A stretch of DNA of 64,000 nt from Takakia lepidozioides (taxonomy: Eukaryota; Plantae; Bryophyta): NCBI GenBank assembly GCA_030704615.1, contig CM060733.1, positions 37,510,001 to 37,574,000 on the forward strand. The letters are read 5' to 3'. Made by a program: the position numbers and the translations under genes. Positions within the stretch are counted from its first letter, which is position 1; the number at the start of each line of letters is the position of its first letter. This document shows positions 11,975 to 25,177 of the stretch, piece by piece. Under the pieces are notes generated by a model. It saw only the letters and a list, made by a program, of their open reading frames with translations. It was not told the origin of the DNA and did not search any database.

Positions 11975-14900
11975 ATGGACTCCCGCGTTTGGGTAAACGT
12001 GTACTTCGATCCTGATTATCTGAAAGCTAAAACACACTGCGACCAAGGATTTGCGATTGTCACTGAGCAGTACTTGTGTATGAAGTTCGGGCTCCGCCCT
12101 GGAACAATGTTTTTGGAAGAGGAGACGAAGGATGCTTATGGAAATTTTCTGGAAAGTGTCATCATTCTGCATGCAGATTTCGGAAAGGGCAAATAGTGGC
12201 AGCTCCCAGCTTCTGAATCCATCCGGTACAGTGCAATTGTGAAATCGTGCCTAAAGAGTTCCCACGCTGGAACTTGGTTGATCCTCCTTCCACAAGAGGG
12301 TCTGGCGTGCAAGATGTGAAGTCTGCCATGAAGGATGTGGGCACCTCTTCACAAGCAGAGAAGCCCAAACATGTGAAAAGGGAAATCCAGGAAAACTGGG
12401 AAATAGTCGTCCACGACTTATCCAGTGACGATGAAGACTGTATGGTCCTTCCATCGTATGTTTCGAAGTCGTCAGTCACTAGGAGTGTTCAGAAGTTGGC
12501 AAACAATGAGCACACACCCTCCGACTCAACTTTCGTCCGCTCAGTAATCGACATATTGCGGAGGATGAAGACAACAGGTTCCCGCTCCAGTGACCTTCTT
12601 AGGTTGATTACGACAAAACTCCAATCCATTATGTGGAAACTTTGCCTGAAGTTGTGGATGGGAATGCTATCTACGAGTTCCCTCCAGTGCCGGAAGGCGC
12701 AGGGCCAGACGGCATGCTCGCATGAATGAACAAGAAACATGACGGCCACCCTTGGTGTGTCACCAAAACTTCATCGTCCAACCTGGGTGATGGAGTTCGA
12801 GTGAGATATGTATTGTGTGCTGGGCATCTTAAATGTTTATCGAGCACATGTTACCATTACACGAGCAAAGGCACCCGGAATGAGACTGACTGGATTGGCA
12901 ATTCGTCGACCCCATTTTGGCCTCAAGGTAGAGTTCCTGCAGGGACGTTCAAGTGTGCCCATTGCAACGCAACCCCTACGTGTATGGCAGTGTGCAACGC
13001 CAAGCAATACTACGTCGGGACCGTCGGCCCAGCGTGCACCAGAGCATGCATTCACATCGGAAAGCATGACCACCCCGTCGCCAGAGGCAATTACAGAGTC
13101 GCTTTTCAACAAGCCCACGATATTATCAAGGAGGAGGTGAGGTTCAGGCCAGGAGCAAAACCAAAGCAGATACAGCTCGCATCCGCACATAGAATTGCAA
13201 TTGGCAGAATAATGTCGGAGGACGGAAGCACAAGAGAGAAGCTGGGCGAGGGGGACATGAAGGAGCTGCTGGAAGCTGTCTCCCATGTGTGTAGCCCCAA
13301 TGTCAAGAACCACATTGTCGGCTGCAAGAAACGAATCGGAAGAGGATCAGACGTGCACTCCATCTTGGAAGTGAAGCGCACATGCGGCTACGACTTCATC
13401 CAGGGCAGCTGATTTCCTGGTCAAGGCTCAGAGACGGACAGGTGCTTCATATTTAAGATGTCAACGTGCGGACCGGGGAGCGGTGTCGATTTGGTGAAGC
13501 GGATGACGAGTGGAGACCTCTCAAATTGTTGGGTCATATTCGACCACATCAGGCGAATTACCAACCACGATTGGGTGACAATGGGGGCACATGTATACGA
13601 CCCACATTGCAGAAAGTTGATGACCATTGCTATCTGCGAAATGAAAGGAGAAGACACAGATTCGGAGTTGCATATGTGGCGCGGAATTAATGAGCAAATG
13701 GGGAGAGCGAAGTTGCCCCCTCCCGATTTTAGGGGCTTCATGGCTGACAATGCCCAAGCGAACTGGGCTGCAGTGAGGAGGGTATATGGGGACGACCCAA
13801 AGACTCCAATGGAAGGTAAGGAGAGATCTTGCGGGTTCCACTTCATGCAGAGTTTGATGCAAAACACGAAAAGGTTCGTGGCGTCACGCCACCGGCAGGA
13901 TCATATCAGTATGTGGCTTGCGTGGAAAAATGCGAATTCCATCGACGAGGCGGAGACCGAGTTTGCAACCATACGCGCCTAGTGGGTGTCTTCAGGGGCA
14001 GTGGATGTAAAAGATCAGCCAGAACTGCAAACGTGGCTTGCGTGGTGGTACTATAGATTCCGCCAGTTTGGAGACTACATGAGACAGGTAACACATTTCT
14101 GTACTTGACAATTGTTCTGTTTTGTGCTTGGACATTATCCACAATAAGTGACATTTCTAATTTCCTTCAACAGGACATGAGCTTGGAGGATGACACAGAT
14201 ATGCCGACAACGAACATGGCCGAATCGGTGCACTCTTCCTAACGTGCTTCCTTTGCGGCACATCTCGTTGACATGTTGACAGCAACAATAGAAGATATTG
14301 TGAGAGCCATCATACAACAATCTCGTTACTACCAGTTTCTGGGAGGAAAGCAATGGGGTATCGGACCAGACAGGCAGGAGATGTTGATGAGGGCGGCGCA
14401 TCGTTCAACCGATCCCAAAAAATGGACTGTTGCATTGCGGGAAATAATAAGGTCAACGCCGTTACACAGTCGGGGGAACTGCCTAGAGGGCGATGTCCGC
14501 AACCGGCCGGTGAAGAGAAGAATTGAGGACATGCCCGGAGGCGACGGTGATTCATGGAGACTAGATATGAACATCCGCACTCAACCTCGGGGCGCAACGA
14601 TGTTGCGTCCCACGCCTCCTCCCAGCATGACTCATACCCCCTCTTCTGCAACATCCATGGAATCGCTGCCAGATTCGGGACAACATGCCGAGGATGAGCA
14701 TGCTGCTCCTATTATCGTTACCCAATACAACATTCCAATCGTGGAGCAAGATGTGTCGGCCTCGCAGTGGAGAATTGCACGGACCCGTCCGTCATTTCAT
14801 GGCAAATGTTGTGCTGTTCGTGTCGACACCAACCAGAGATGCAATGAGATGATTCGGAGGAGCCCGCAGGGCAGTGTGCCTGCCCCTTGCTTCACAGGGA

Positions 14901-15365
14901 GATTTGTGTGCGCAAAGTTTGTGGAGGCCACACTGAAGGAGTTTTGGTTCTGCAGGCACGACATCATGTCGTGCCTGTTCGGCAAGCCCAAGTATGGTGT
15001 ACAAGGCATGCCTGAACCACCAGCAGTCTGGCCTGTGGCAACTGGTACAGATCTGACGCTCTAGGAAGTGCAGGGTTTTGATTGGTAGAGAGGATAGACA
15101 TTCCATGAAATCCAATTCCCAGTCGTCATCCTCCTCCCACGAGAAGCTCTTCGCCCCGCATACCGGTGGGTGACCCCGCAGCTTGGCCCACCCATCGGTG
15201 GGGGAAACTGAAAAGACGGCGGCCACCAACAAAGGCGAACGACACCAGGATGGCCAACGCTCTTGCAATGCCCTGCATAGTGCAAGGTTGCAGGGATGTT
15301 CCTCACCCCGGGATGGGACGCATATTTTAGTTGTCAACAGCCGGGTCTGCAGTGGTTTCGGAAGT
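11975..15365 (+). pseudogene. MULE DDE transposase with N-terminal WRKY/GCM-like Cys/His domain; disabled and truncated before the SWIM finger
   Basis: WVIFDH (D1), FMADNA (D2), CGFH (CxxH), TTNMAESVH (E); 86-nt GT-AG intron 14088-14173; stops at about 13410, 13980, 14240 and 15062. Confidence 0.85.
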
Positions 15366-15616
15366 CATTGATTTTTTCACTCCATCCATTTTAAAGCACT
15401 GACACACGACACGTGTCCATGCTGAGAGTGTCGACATAATCTCCAATATCATCCACGGACCACCGGCTTACACGTCTCCACTACAAAACGAAAGTGCCAT
15501 GATAAAATGAAGAGCCTAATTTCTACACGACGTCTCCACATGCATGCTAGGAACACTGAACTGCTTTCCTATAGTCTTCTCACTGCCAGCAATGTCTATG
15601 CCCAGGCGAACGAAAT

Positions 15617-16775
15617 CTAAGCCCTCTTCATGTTCTTCTCTGGCCAAAGACAATTCAGACCGACGACATCCTCCAACATTGTTTGCGGTGGGACCTCTTC
15701 CTCGTTAGGGTGAGGCAAGACACAATTGGCAATATAGATATAATTTACCTCAACCCGCCACAATCCCTCAAGTATAGCATGGCAGTGATATGTATCTTTG
15801 CCAGGCACACCAGTGACAATTCCACTGGCAGCCCTGTGTCGTGGTAAATGAGGATCATACAGGCTGATTTTGTCCTTCAAACCCTGCTCTTCCAACCCTC
15901 GATGGGTTGGTAACATTGGATTGTGCTCTCTTCATGTTCTCACTCTCTTTCTTGCCCTTGGGGGAATCCCTGTACTTCACCAATGCATCCCAATGCAGGA
16001 CTCTACACTCGAAGGGCATGGACCTCCAGCCAACCACACCAGCTTTAACTTTTGGCGGTGTACTTTTATAATCCTCCCACATGCTTTCTGGAACTTGTCA
16101 ACGCTCACAAGTTTAGGATAGTACTCAAACTCCGCGTCCATGGATTCCTTAACCTTGGCCATGTCACTGGGTTCCTACTTGTCTGCTAGCAAAATGCTAG
16201 GATCAAGATATCTGATGCAGAGTCCCCGCAAGGAGCTCTGCCAATATTTCTTCCCCTCACACCCCTGGTCTACTTCCCCCTTAGAGTTTAGTTGTACCTT
16301 GTGCAGCTTCAGCCCAACAGATTTGCGGGCTTTCGCATCAGTTTCATGTTCCTTTGCAGCCAGCCTTTTTTGTCTTTTTTTGTTTGCAACCTGCGACGCC
16401 ACATCCCCTTGCTGTGTGGAATCTTGATCATCACCAGCAGGGGGGGGTGAATGGAGGAGCAACACCATTAAAAGGGGGGCCTGCCCACTGCCCACCAGCG
16501 GTGTTGCATGGAGGGCCCCAAGTTTGGGCACCTCCTTGTACCCAAGCTCCTTGGGGTCCTCCATTGGACCCACTTGGAATCCATGACCACGTGTTCGTCA
16601 TTTGTGGAGGGGCCATGGGCTGCTGCAAGGTAGGTGGTCCTTGCTGCAGCCACGTTTGCCCACCTCTGGATTGCACCCATGGGCCATTCAGGCCTTGTTG
16701 CACCCATGTCGTAGGTGGACCAGTAGCATTCGCCACAGCCTCAGTCCCCCCTTCCTTTGCTCGCTTTGATGCAGC
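15617..16775 (-). pseudogene. Second TnpA-like CACTA accessory gene (3' exon) with TNP1/Transposase_23-like C-terminus
   Basis: Homologous to 5229-6169 (W..ALKG/W.SSLRG; HWDRLVSYW/HWDALVKYR); C-terminal ASGIV...YHCH...WRVEV...LPHP...LEDVVG..CLWP; frameshifts and stops. Confidence 0.7.
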
Positions 16776-18619
16776 CTAACACAAGCCCCTCCACCCCACA
16801 AAGTTAGCAATTATGGAAAATAGGGTCAACCGGGCAACGAACAAGGTTGGCAGTTCGTGAACGCATACAAACCTTGGCCCAACGTGCCAAAAAAAAGTTT
16901 GGCATCCAATGGCGTGAATGCATGAAATGTCATGCTCTGGTGCCCTAGCAATGTCCCACATCCATTCAGTATTAAAACCCTAACACATGCTCTAACCCTT
17001 TGAAATTTAATCCATGGGTCAATCCATACATCACTACAACAGATGAGCGTTTTCATGACTGCACATATGACTATTTTTTCAGTCCTATATGCGTTCATGA
17101 CTACATCACTTTGTAGTGAAAAAAACCCTGTCATAGCGACTAGTCTTTAGGACTGCATTTTGCAAGTCATAGCCGTGACTGCGTGCGTGGCACCTGGAGT
17201 CATGCATAAGAGAGTGATGTAGTTACAACTCTATGACTTACATACGACTAACTATATGACTACATTGTCTGATGAGCGTTGCCTACATGGAGAGGCTTTA
17301 GAGGAACACGTGCACCACTGCGCAAGCGACACGTTACGACACCTATTGCACTTCAGATGTGACATGTGGCACTTAGACATAATATATGACTAGCATATAT
17401 GGCAGGGTTTATGCCACGTGTCATCAAGAATGTCTCTGAAAATAATTTAATAGTTATATTTGTAATTTTAAATTCTTAAACTTATATTTTATTTTTGAAA
17501 ACAGGGGATAGCAGCTTGGAAAATTTTAAATGGTATTATTGTTTAATATAATAATTTTATACAAAATAAAAATAGATTAAATGATTTAAATTCTTCATTA
17601 CATGGTGAAATTCTGATATAAAAACAGAATGGACCCCTCTTGCATACTAGCAACCACAAGGACATTCAAAATAGACAAGTACAGGGGAATACACGCTGTG
17701 TAAATTATACTACAAAAATTCAAATGAGACCAATGTCCCAATGGACACCTCAAAGGCCACAAGGTCCAAAAATCCATGCCTGAAAAGGTCCAGTAAGCAA
17801 AAAATAAGCAAGCCCACACATGGGCTGAATTGTTGTAATACTAGTTTGTTCTGGTGCTACTAGAATCAAGGACCATGTTAAACAGTGCAATACTTACGGC
17901 CGATTTGATAAGAGGGAAAAACAGGGTGAAATGTGTTGAAGAAGGTGCCTTGATTAACAGTGCTTGATTTGATCAATTGTGCCGCTGCTGCTGTGGCTTC
18001 CAGTTGACCATCTACCCATGCAGGTTTCTTGTACCTATCCTTCCACAGGGAATCATAGGTAATATGGAGCTTGAAATCCGGCCCTCTTGGATGAATCTGG
18101 ACCCACACATCTATCCTTGCTCCTTCAGCTATCCATGCCCCTGCACAAATCATGCATACATCCTCGCCTTGCTGCTAGCAGCTGACAATGACAGCCTAGA
18201 ATTGCTTGAGCAAACACCCCAACCCTACTTATCACACTAGTTCCTATGCTGACTTGCGTCTTCTTCCAATAGGCATTCACCTTTTGCCTCGATTGTTCCA
18301 CCATTGACTGAGGTCGGGAACGTATTCATCCTAGAGCTTCTCCTCGAGTCTCTATTATCTATTTATTGATACTTTCCTGTCGACCACATTGGCAGTAACA
18401 TGTCAAAATCACTCCAAAACTACCATAGATCCACCAACGAGCTAACTTGCAGAATTCAACATTAAATTTAGGGACGACTCTGATAGCAGGGGAAAACAAG
18501 GTGAAATATGTTGAAGAATGTACCTTCATTAGCAGCGCCTTGTTTTATGAATTGTGCTATTGCTGCTGCTGTTTCCAGTTGACCATCTACCCACTTGTAG
18601 CCGCTGTGAGCTATTGAAG

Positions 18620-20530
18620 AAGGTGCCCCCTTCCCCCATCATTTGATCATAGGTCTCCATACCATGTCCCTGCTCTGCATACCCTGCAAGCATCGTGTTC
18701 CATGACACCACACCTCGTTCAGCCATAGAGTTGAAAACTCCCTTCGCATCCTTAATGCACCCACATTTCGCATACATGTCCACCAGGGCAGTGTTCAGAA
18801 TGACATCTGGTACAATTCCAGCTTTGATGATGTCACCATGGACCTCTTTCCCCTTTTCCAGAGGTCCCAGGCTTGCACACGCATTGCAAACACAAACAAA
18901 CGTGATGTGGTTGGGCTTCACCCCTTCGTGCAACATTTGCTCATAGGTCTCCAAAGCATTCCTACCACACCCATGCTTGGTAAATCCTGCCAACATTATA
19001 TTCCACGTGATCAAAGATCATTGAGACATTCTGTTGAAAACTTCGTGAGCATGCATGCATGATGCTCCTGCACTTAACATACATGTTTGCTCCTGCACCC
19101 ACATTTTGCATACATGTCCACCAGGGTATTGTTCAAAATGACATTTGGTACAATTCCAGCCCTGATGATGTCGCCATGGACCTCTTTGCAAGCCCTTTTC
19201 CAGAGCTGCCATGGCTGTGTTCAGAATGACATTTGGTACAATTCCAACTTTGATGATGTCACCATTCACCTCTTTGCCCTTTTCCAGGGCTGCCAAGCTT
19301 GCACAAACATTGCGAGTGCACACAAACGTGATGTGGTCGGGCTTCACCCCTTCGCACATCATTTGCTCATACGTCTCCAAAGCCTCCATCCCGCGCCCCT
19401 GCTGTGCATTCACTGCGAGCATCGCACTCCACGACACCACATTTGGTTCAGCCATATTGTTGATCACTCCCTTTGCATCCTTGATGCTCCCACATTTGGC
19501 ATACAAGTCCACCAGGGCTGTGTTCAGGATCACATCTGGTATGATTCCAGCTCTGACGATGTCGCCATGCACCTCTTTGCCCTTTTCCAGGGCTGCCAAG
19601 CTTGCACACGCACTGCAAACGCACACAAACGTGATGTGGTCGAGCTTCATCCCTTCACACATCATTTGCTCATACGTCTCCAAAGCCTCCATCCCGCGCC
19701 CCTGCTGTGTATACCCTGCAAGCATCGCACTCCATGACACCACATTTCGTTCAGCCATATTGTTGAACACTCCATTTGCATCCTCGATGCTCCCACATTT
19801 GGCATACATGTCCACCAGGGCAGTGTTCAGGATCACATCTGGTACGATTCCAGCTCTGACGATGTCACCATGCACCTCTTTGCCCTTTTCCAGGGCTGCT
19901 AGGCTTGCACGCACACTGCAAACGCACACAAACGTGATGTGGGTCGGGCTTCATCCCTTCACACATCATTTGCTCATACATCTCCAAAGCCTCCATCCCG
20001 CGCCCCTACTGTGTATACCCTGCGAGCATCGCACTCCACGACACCACATTTCGTTCAACCATATTGTTGAACACTCCCTTTGCAACCTCGATGCTCCCAC
20101 ATTTGGCATACATGTCCACCATGGCAGTGTTCAGGATCACATCTGGTACGATTCCAGCTCTGACGATGTCACCATGCACCTCTTTGCCCTTTTCTAGGGC
20201 TGCTAGGCTTGCACACGCACTGCAAACGCACACAAACGTGATGTGGTCGGGCTTCACCCCTTCCCCCATCATTTGCTCATAGGTCTCCAAAGCATTTCTA
20301 CCACACCCATGCTTGGTAAATCCTCCCAACATTATATTCCACGTGATCAAAGATCATTGAGGCATTCTGTTGAACACTTGGTGAGCATCCATGATGCTCC
20401 CGCACTTAACATACATGTTGACAAGGGTGTTGAGGAGAAAAACATTTGGCGTGAATCCACTTTGGATAATGTGAGTTTGCACCTGCTTTTCAGCTTCCAG
20501 GCCTTTCACCTTGATGCACTTATGCAAGAG
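18620..20530 (-). pseudogene. PLS-class pentatricopeptide repeat array, frameshifted, no E/DYW domain
   Basis: Repeated NVVSWSAMLAGY..., PDHITFVCVCSACASLAALEKGKEVH, DVILNTALVDMYAKCGSIEDA..VF; near-identical ~303-bp P-L-S units; frameshifts near 19940 and 19200. Confidence 0.92.
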
Positions 20531-21291
20531 ACAGACATATGTATCTGAATCTGCTGAAATGCCTCATTGGTTTAAAGTCTATAGAGCCTCTGTCAGTCTA
20601 CATGCCTCACAAAGCATCTTCACATGCCCATAAGTGCCAGAAGAGACATTGTGGACTCCCTCTCTTGATCCGCTTCCAGAAGCTGTGGTCACGGTTCAGG
20701 TGCCTGGTTTTATCAACTGTGCCGCTGCAGCTGCTGCCTTCAGTTGACCATCTACCCATGCAGGTTTCTTGTGGCTATTGATCCACAGGGAATCATAGGT
20801 AATTTTGTGCTTGAAATCTGGCCCTCTTGGAAGAATCTGTACCCACTCTCTATCCCTGCTTCTTCAACTATCCATGCGTCTGCACAAATCATGCATTCAT
20901 CCTTGCCTTGCTGCTAGCAGCTGACAATAACAGCCTAGACACCCAACTCAGCTTATGACCCTAATTCCTATGTTGAATTGCGTCGTTACTCTCTGTAATC
21001 TAACAGACATTCACCTTTTTGCCTCGATTGTCTCACCGTTAATTGGGGTCACAAAAGTATCCATTCCACAGCTTCTCCTCATCTCTGTTACATACTTTCT
21101 TGTTGTCACATTGGCAGTATCATGTCAAACTCGCTGCAAACTAGATTCACTCAACCAGCTAACTTGCAGAATTCAACATGGAAATTTAGGGCCGATTCTG
21201 TGATTGGAAAGAGAACCCAGAGGGATGGAATGGAAGCAGCAGCATGGGTGTGTCTCTGATGCATCAATAGACAGCGGTCAGACCAAGCTCT

Positions 21292-21939
21292 ATGACCCAA
21301 ACCCAGAGTGAGCACAATGGCTTTGTAAGGCCACTACCTACAGGGCATATTCAATACTACAATGAGGATCCGCAAGCATCAGATACCATGTGCAAATCAA
21401 AAAACAACAAAGGTGGTGAAGGTGTGCAACCTGCCAAAGAGAGGGCGGAGTTGAGGAAGGATGAAGCAACTACAGACATTGGGAAATGCTCTGATGCGGG
21501 CAGAAGGGAAGACCCTGGCCCTGTCGGGGTTCAGCTGGCAGAAGAACAAGTTGCTGACAGCAACAACATGGAAGCAGAGTGGATACAAGTTGATTTTGAC
21601 AAACCTGAGTCCATCAGACAAGGCATCAGAAGGCCCAAACAAAGAACATTGTGCAAAATCTGTAATAACATGAGACACAGTCGTCACACACTAACCCAAC
21701 ATGGGTCTTGGCAACCTTTCAGCAAAGCTGAAACAATCACAGAAGCAAAGAAAGGGGCAGAACCTCAAGGGAAGATGTATGGAGTACCTTTTGCAGTGAT
21801 CAATGAGTACATAGAAGGAGGAGAAGCTTACCCACTGCCAAGCACGGAGTACATGATGCAACCAACAGCACAAGTATCATGTCAGTTCACTCATAATGAG
21901 TGGAGGCACTGGATGAGTTGGACGAGATATACCATATAA
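21292..21939 (+). other. Unidentified 215-aa ORF inside the Pack-CACTA (captured fragment?)
   Basis: Long ORF containing CKICNNMRH; no family recognised. Confidence 0.3.
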
Positions 21940-23659
21940 GTGATCACACTCCAATAAGACTACAACAACACCCCACATCAACATGTTGACATGGGGAAGT
22001 GCAAAGAAGGCCGAAATAGGGGATGGGATGCCTATTCTGCAGAAATCCAGCCAAGACATCAATGATTTAAGGCAAAAACATGGATTTGGTGAAGGAGAAT
22101 GCATTGGCATGGACAACATCTACAGCTCAACAGGGTTTGAGCGCCAACCAGAGATATTCATGGGAGAGGGTGACAAAAGCGAGGAAGAAGCCAAAACACA
22201 AAGCCTTGACGCATTCACTGAAGACTGGGCAGACAAACAGATAAGAGAAGACAGCTCGCAAGAAACGGATAAGAGGGAAAAATAGGGTGAAATGTGCTGA
22301 AGGAGGTGCCTTCAGTAGAAGTGCCTGACCTTATCAATTGTGCCACTGCTGCTGCCGCTTCCAGTTGACCATCTACCCATGTAAGTTTCTTGTAGCTATC
22401 CTTCCATAGGAAATCATAGGTAATGTGGAGCTTGAAATCCAGTCCTCTTGGATGAATCTGGACCCACACTCTATCCCTGCTCCTTCAGCTATCCATGCCT
22501 CTGACAGCCTAGAATTCTACCAGCAAACACCCCAACCATACTGGTGTGGAGTACTTCCCCAAAACACCCCAACCCTACTTATCACAATCTGAAATGCATC
22601 TGCTTCTCTCTGTAGTCCAACAGGCATTCGCCTTTTTGTCTCCATTGTCCCACCATTGACTGGGGTCGAAAAGTGTGCACCCCAAAGCTTCTCCTCACCT
22701 CTATTATATGTTTTTGGATACTTCCCTGTTGCCACACTGGCAGTAACTTGCCAAAGTCACTCCAAACCACCACAAATCTACCCAACGACCTAACTTACAG
22801 AATTCAATATGCATCTTGCGGCCGAGTCTGATGAGAGGGCAACACAGGCTGAAATAGGTTGAAGAAGAAGGTGCCCTACCACATTGTCCTTGACCTGTCC
22901 TGACCCATGGAGGATTTGACCGTCCATCAACCTAAAATGACCTCTTGTGTGTGCTGCTTGTGTCTGTAGTCAGGTAATGTCGGATTGGTCTATGAGATCG
23001 AACCACTACGGCGTAGCTGAGTAGTCAGAGATTGAAACACGCCTGCTAAGACCAAGCTGACTCTCCCAAGAACGGCGAGCTCGCTTCTCCTCGTCTCCTC
23101 TCCTCCTCCTCTTCTCCTTCGTGCATCATTTGCTCAACGCCTCCATCCCACGCCCCTGCATATCCTGCTATCATCGCGTTCCATCCCTCGGCTATGTGGT
23201 GTGGCGCAGGAGACAAAAAAAATACCAAGTCCCAGCCCTCCTTTCTGATCACAATTACCCTAATGGGCAACCTTATTAGCAACTTTTTAACTTTTTTAAA
23301 CCTAATGGGCAACCTTATTTGCATTATATGTGCCTTCAAAATGACACGTGTAGTGATGTAGTCGTATAAATAGAGCTGTGAAACCATCTTCAGTCATGGA
23401 GTCATAAGATTCCATGAAATGTCGTCCACGTGTAGTCAAACATATCACACTAGTCATATAAACCATTCCTGTCATCATGGTCAACAATGTTTGACCAATG
23501 CTCCCTAACTTTCCGGAGTCATGTAGTGAAATCCATTACTACAAAGTCATAAAACTATGACTGCAATGCATTTTAGCGCTCTTTAGCCATCTACCTAGTG
23601 CAGTTTTTATGACTCCGCCAAAGCCCTAGTCCTAAAAACGCTCATCTCTTGTAGTGCAT

Positions 23660-24125
23660 AGTCCAACTCGTAAGCCATTCATCTTTCTAACAAGGTTTCC
23701 AGGCCATTCACATTTAGGAAAGAACCTTGGTTTGATATATAACATTTACCACCATATATGCAGATTGTAAACTCATCACAAAAGCAGATTGCAGGTCTGG
23801 AGATAAATCTCCGGAACCAGGCTCAAAGCATATCAGGATCGAAATGAAATAATCAACCAAAGATCAAAGTATCTCTTTGCGCAATCAATCAACTCCTGGA
23901 GATTGGTTGGAGTCTCTCCTATGCCTGCGAAGTCATCCGCAAACATAAGGGCTGGTATGGTGGTATCACCCACCCTTAACCCAAATCCCTCACTTTCCAC
24001 ATCCTCGAGGAGTTGATTGATGAAAACATTGAAGAGTAGAGGGGAGAGAGTACATCCTTGAGCTACACCTTGGTCTATGTCAAAGAAGTTGGACTTCTGT
24101 CCGTTAATAGTAACACAGCTATGTG
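23660..24125 (-). mobile_element. Non-LTR reverse transcriptase fragment
   Basis: Minus strand reads FFDIDQGVAQGCTLSPLLFNVFINQLL...ALMFADDFAG...LQELID (RT domains 4-6). Confidence 0.85.
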
Positions 24126-24928
24126 AACTAAGGGTGAGAGAGGGAGTGAGATAGAGACAGAGACAGAAGGGGACTTAGGGATCCCACCGCGGGCTTGTTA
24201 CCCTCCTTGGTTGGGGTGGATGTCCTTAAGGGCCGCTTGGAAGGAGTCATGCGAACGACGATCTTCTCAGCACTCTGGTCTTCCTCCTCGTCCGTGCTCT
24301 CGCTCTTTGTTGAGTAGTCAGCACTAGGAGTCGCTTCACTATCCTCTGCCGAGTTGGTCTCCAAGTCGCTGGACTCCTTCTCCGCCACCCCCATGTGAAC
24401 AGGACTCCTCTCCCTCAAACGAGTACTCCTTCGCACTGGGCCGTTCCACACATAGCGGGTAGCACGCGGGGGTCTTTCTTTCTCTCTATTCTCCCACAAT
24501 TGCCTGGGTCACTCACAACAAAACGCCCTCACAAGCCCAGGAAGCTCAAAAAGCAAAGCACACACACTTAGTACGCTTGCGTGAGAGACATGAGGTTGTC
24601 CAAGTGCCGGGTTGCATCCGACGGTCCACGTCCATCCAATGGCGGAGATGGGATGTGGACACGTCATTTAAAAAAAACAAAAAACATTAGGGTACATATT
24701 AACCACTACACTAGTGTCCATAACCACTACATCCTGCTGACATGGCAGTCTTCTAGGGGCTCTTGGGACCTTTCATGAAACAGACGTAAGTCTGGCGTGG
24801 AAGCAACGCAGGGGAGGCCATCTCTCGGCTCAGGTGCTGTGATCACATTGCAAGTGCAGGGAAGGAGGGAACAATGCAATGAAGGAATCATCGCATGAAC
24901 AATATTCGAGCAGGGAGACAGCTGAAAC

Positions 24929-25177
24929 TTAAGTTGCAGTGCCCTTGGAGCTCCAATCCAACAACCAAGCTTTGTTTTCAGCTACCCTGATAGCACGATA
25001 CCGTTCATATTCCACCATCCCATTGCATTCTCCTGGGGTAAGTGACTCCTCTTCTCCTCCACTTTCACTCTTTGCTGAACCAGGTGCTCTTGCCAAATCG
25101 CCTCCAGTGCCATTGTCATTCAAATGTTTTGGGTTCCGTTCACTCGTTGCCATAGAACCTGCACTCTCCTTCAGCAA
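24929..25177 (-). pseudogene. 5' exon of a TnpA-like gene divergent from CACTA-2 TnpD
   Basis: VEYERYRAIRVAENKAWL matches the YEKLRETCIARNKEV motif at the equivalent position in CACTA-1. Confidence 0.5.

Larger units (their letters stand above)
8479..15365 (+). mobile_element. MULE-1: Mutator-like DNA transposon, right end missing
   Basis: Terminus GAGGTTTACTATTTCATGAGC at 8479 followed by CATGAGC tandems matches the MULE-2 termini; then a minus-strand cargo ORF, a palindrome array and a MULE transposase that breaks off near 15365. Confidence 0.85.
17032..23656. mobile_element. Complete non-autonomous CACTA element (Pack-CACTA) carrying PPR and other gene fragments
   Basis: TIRs CACTACAACAGATGAGCGTTTT (17032) and AAAACGCTCATCTCTTGTAGTG (ends 23656), 21/22 match; 3-bp TSD CAT on both sides; subterminal ATGACT repeats; no transposase. 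Confidence 0.95.

Noticed and set aside
12726-13412. Stand-alone GCM-like transcription factor gene
   Set aside because: The frame continues through one stop into the MULE DDE core; it is part of the transposase.
19087-20197. Long plus-strand ORFs (216 and 328 aa)
   Set aside because: Antisense shadows of the tandem PPR array.
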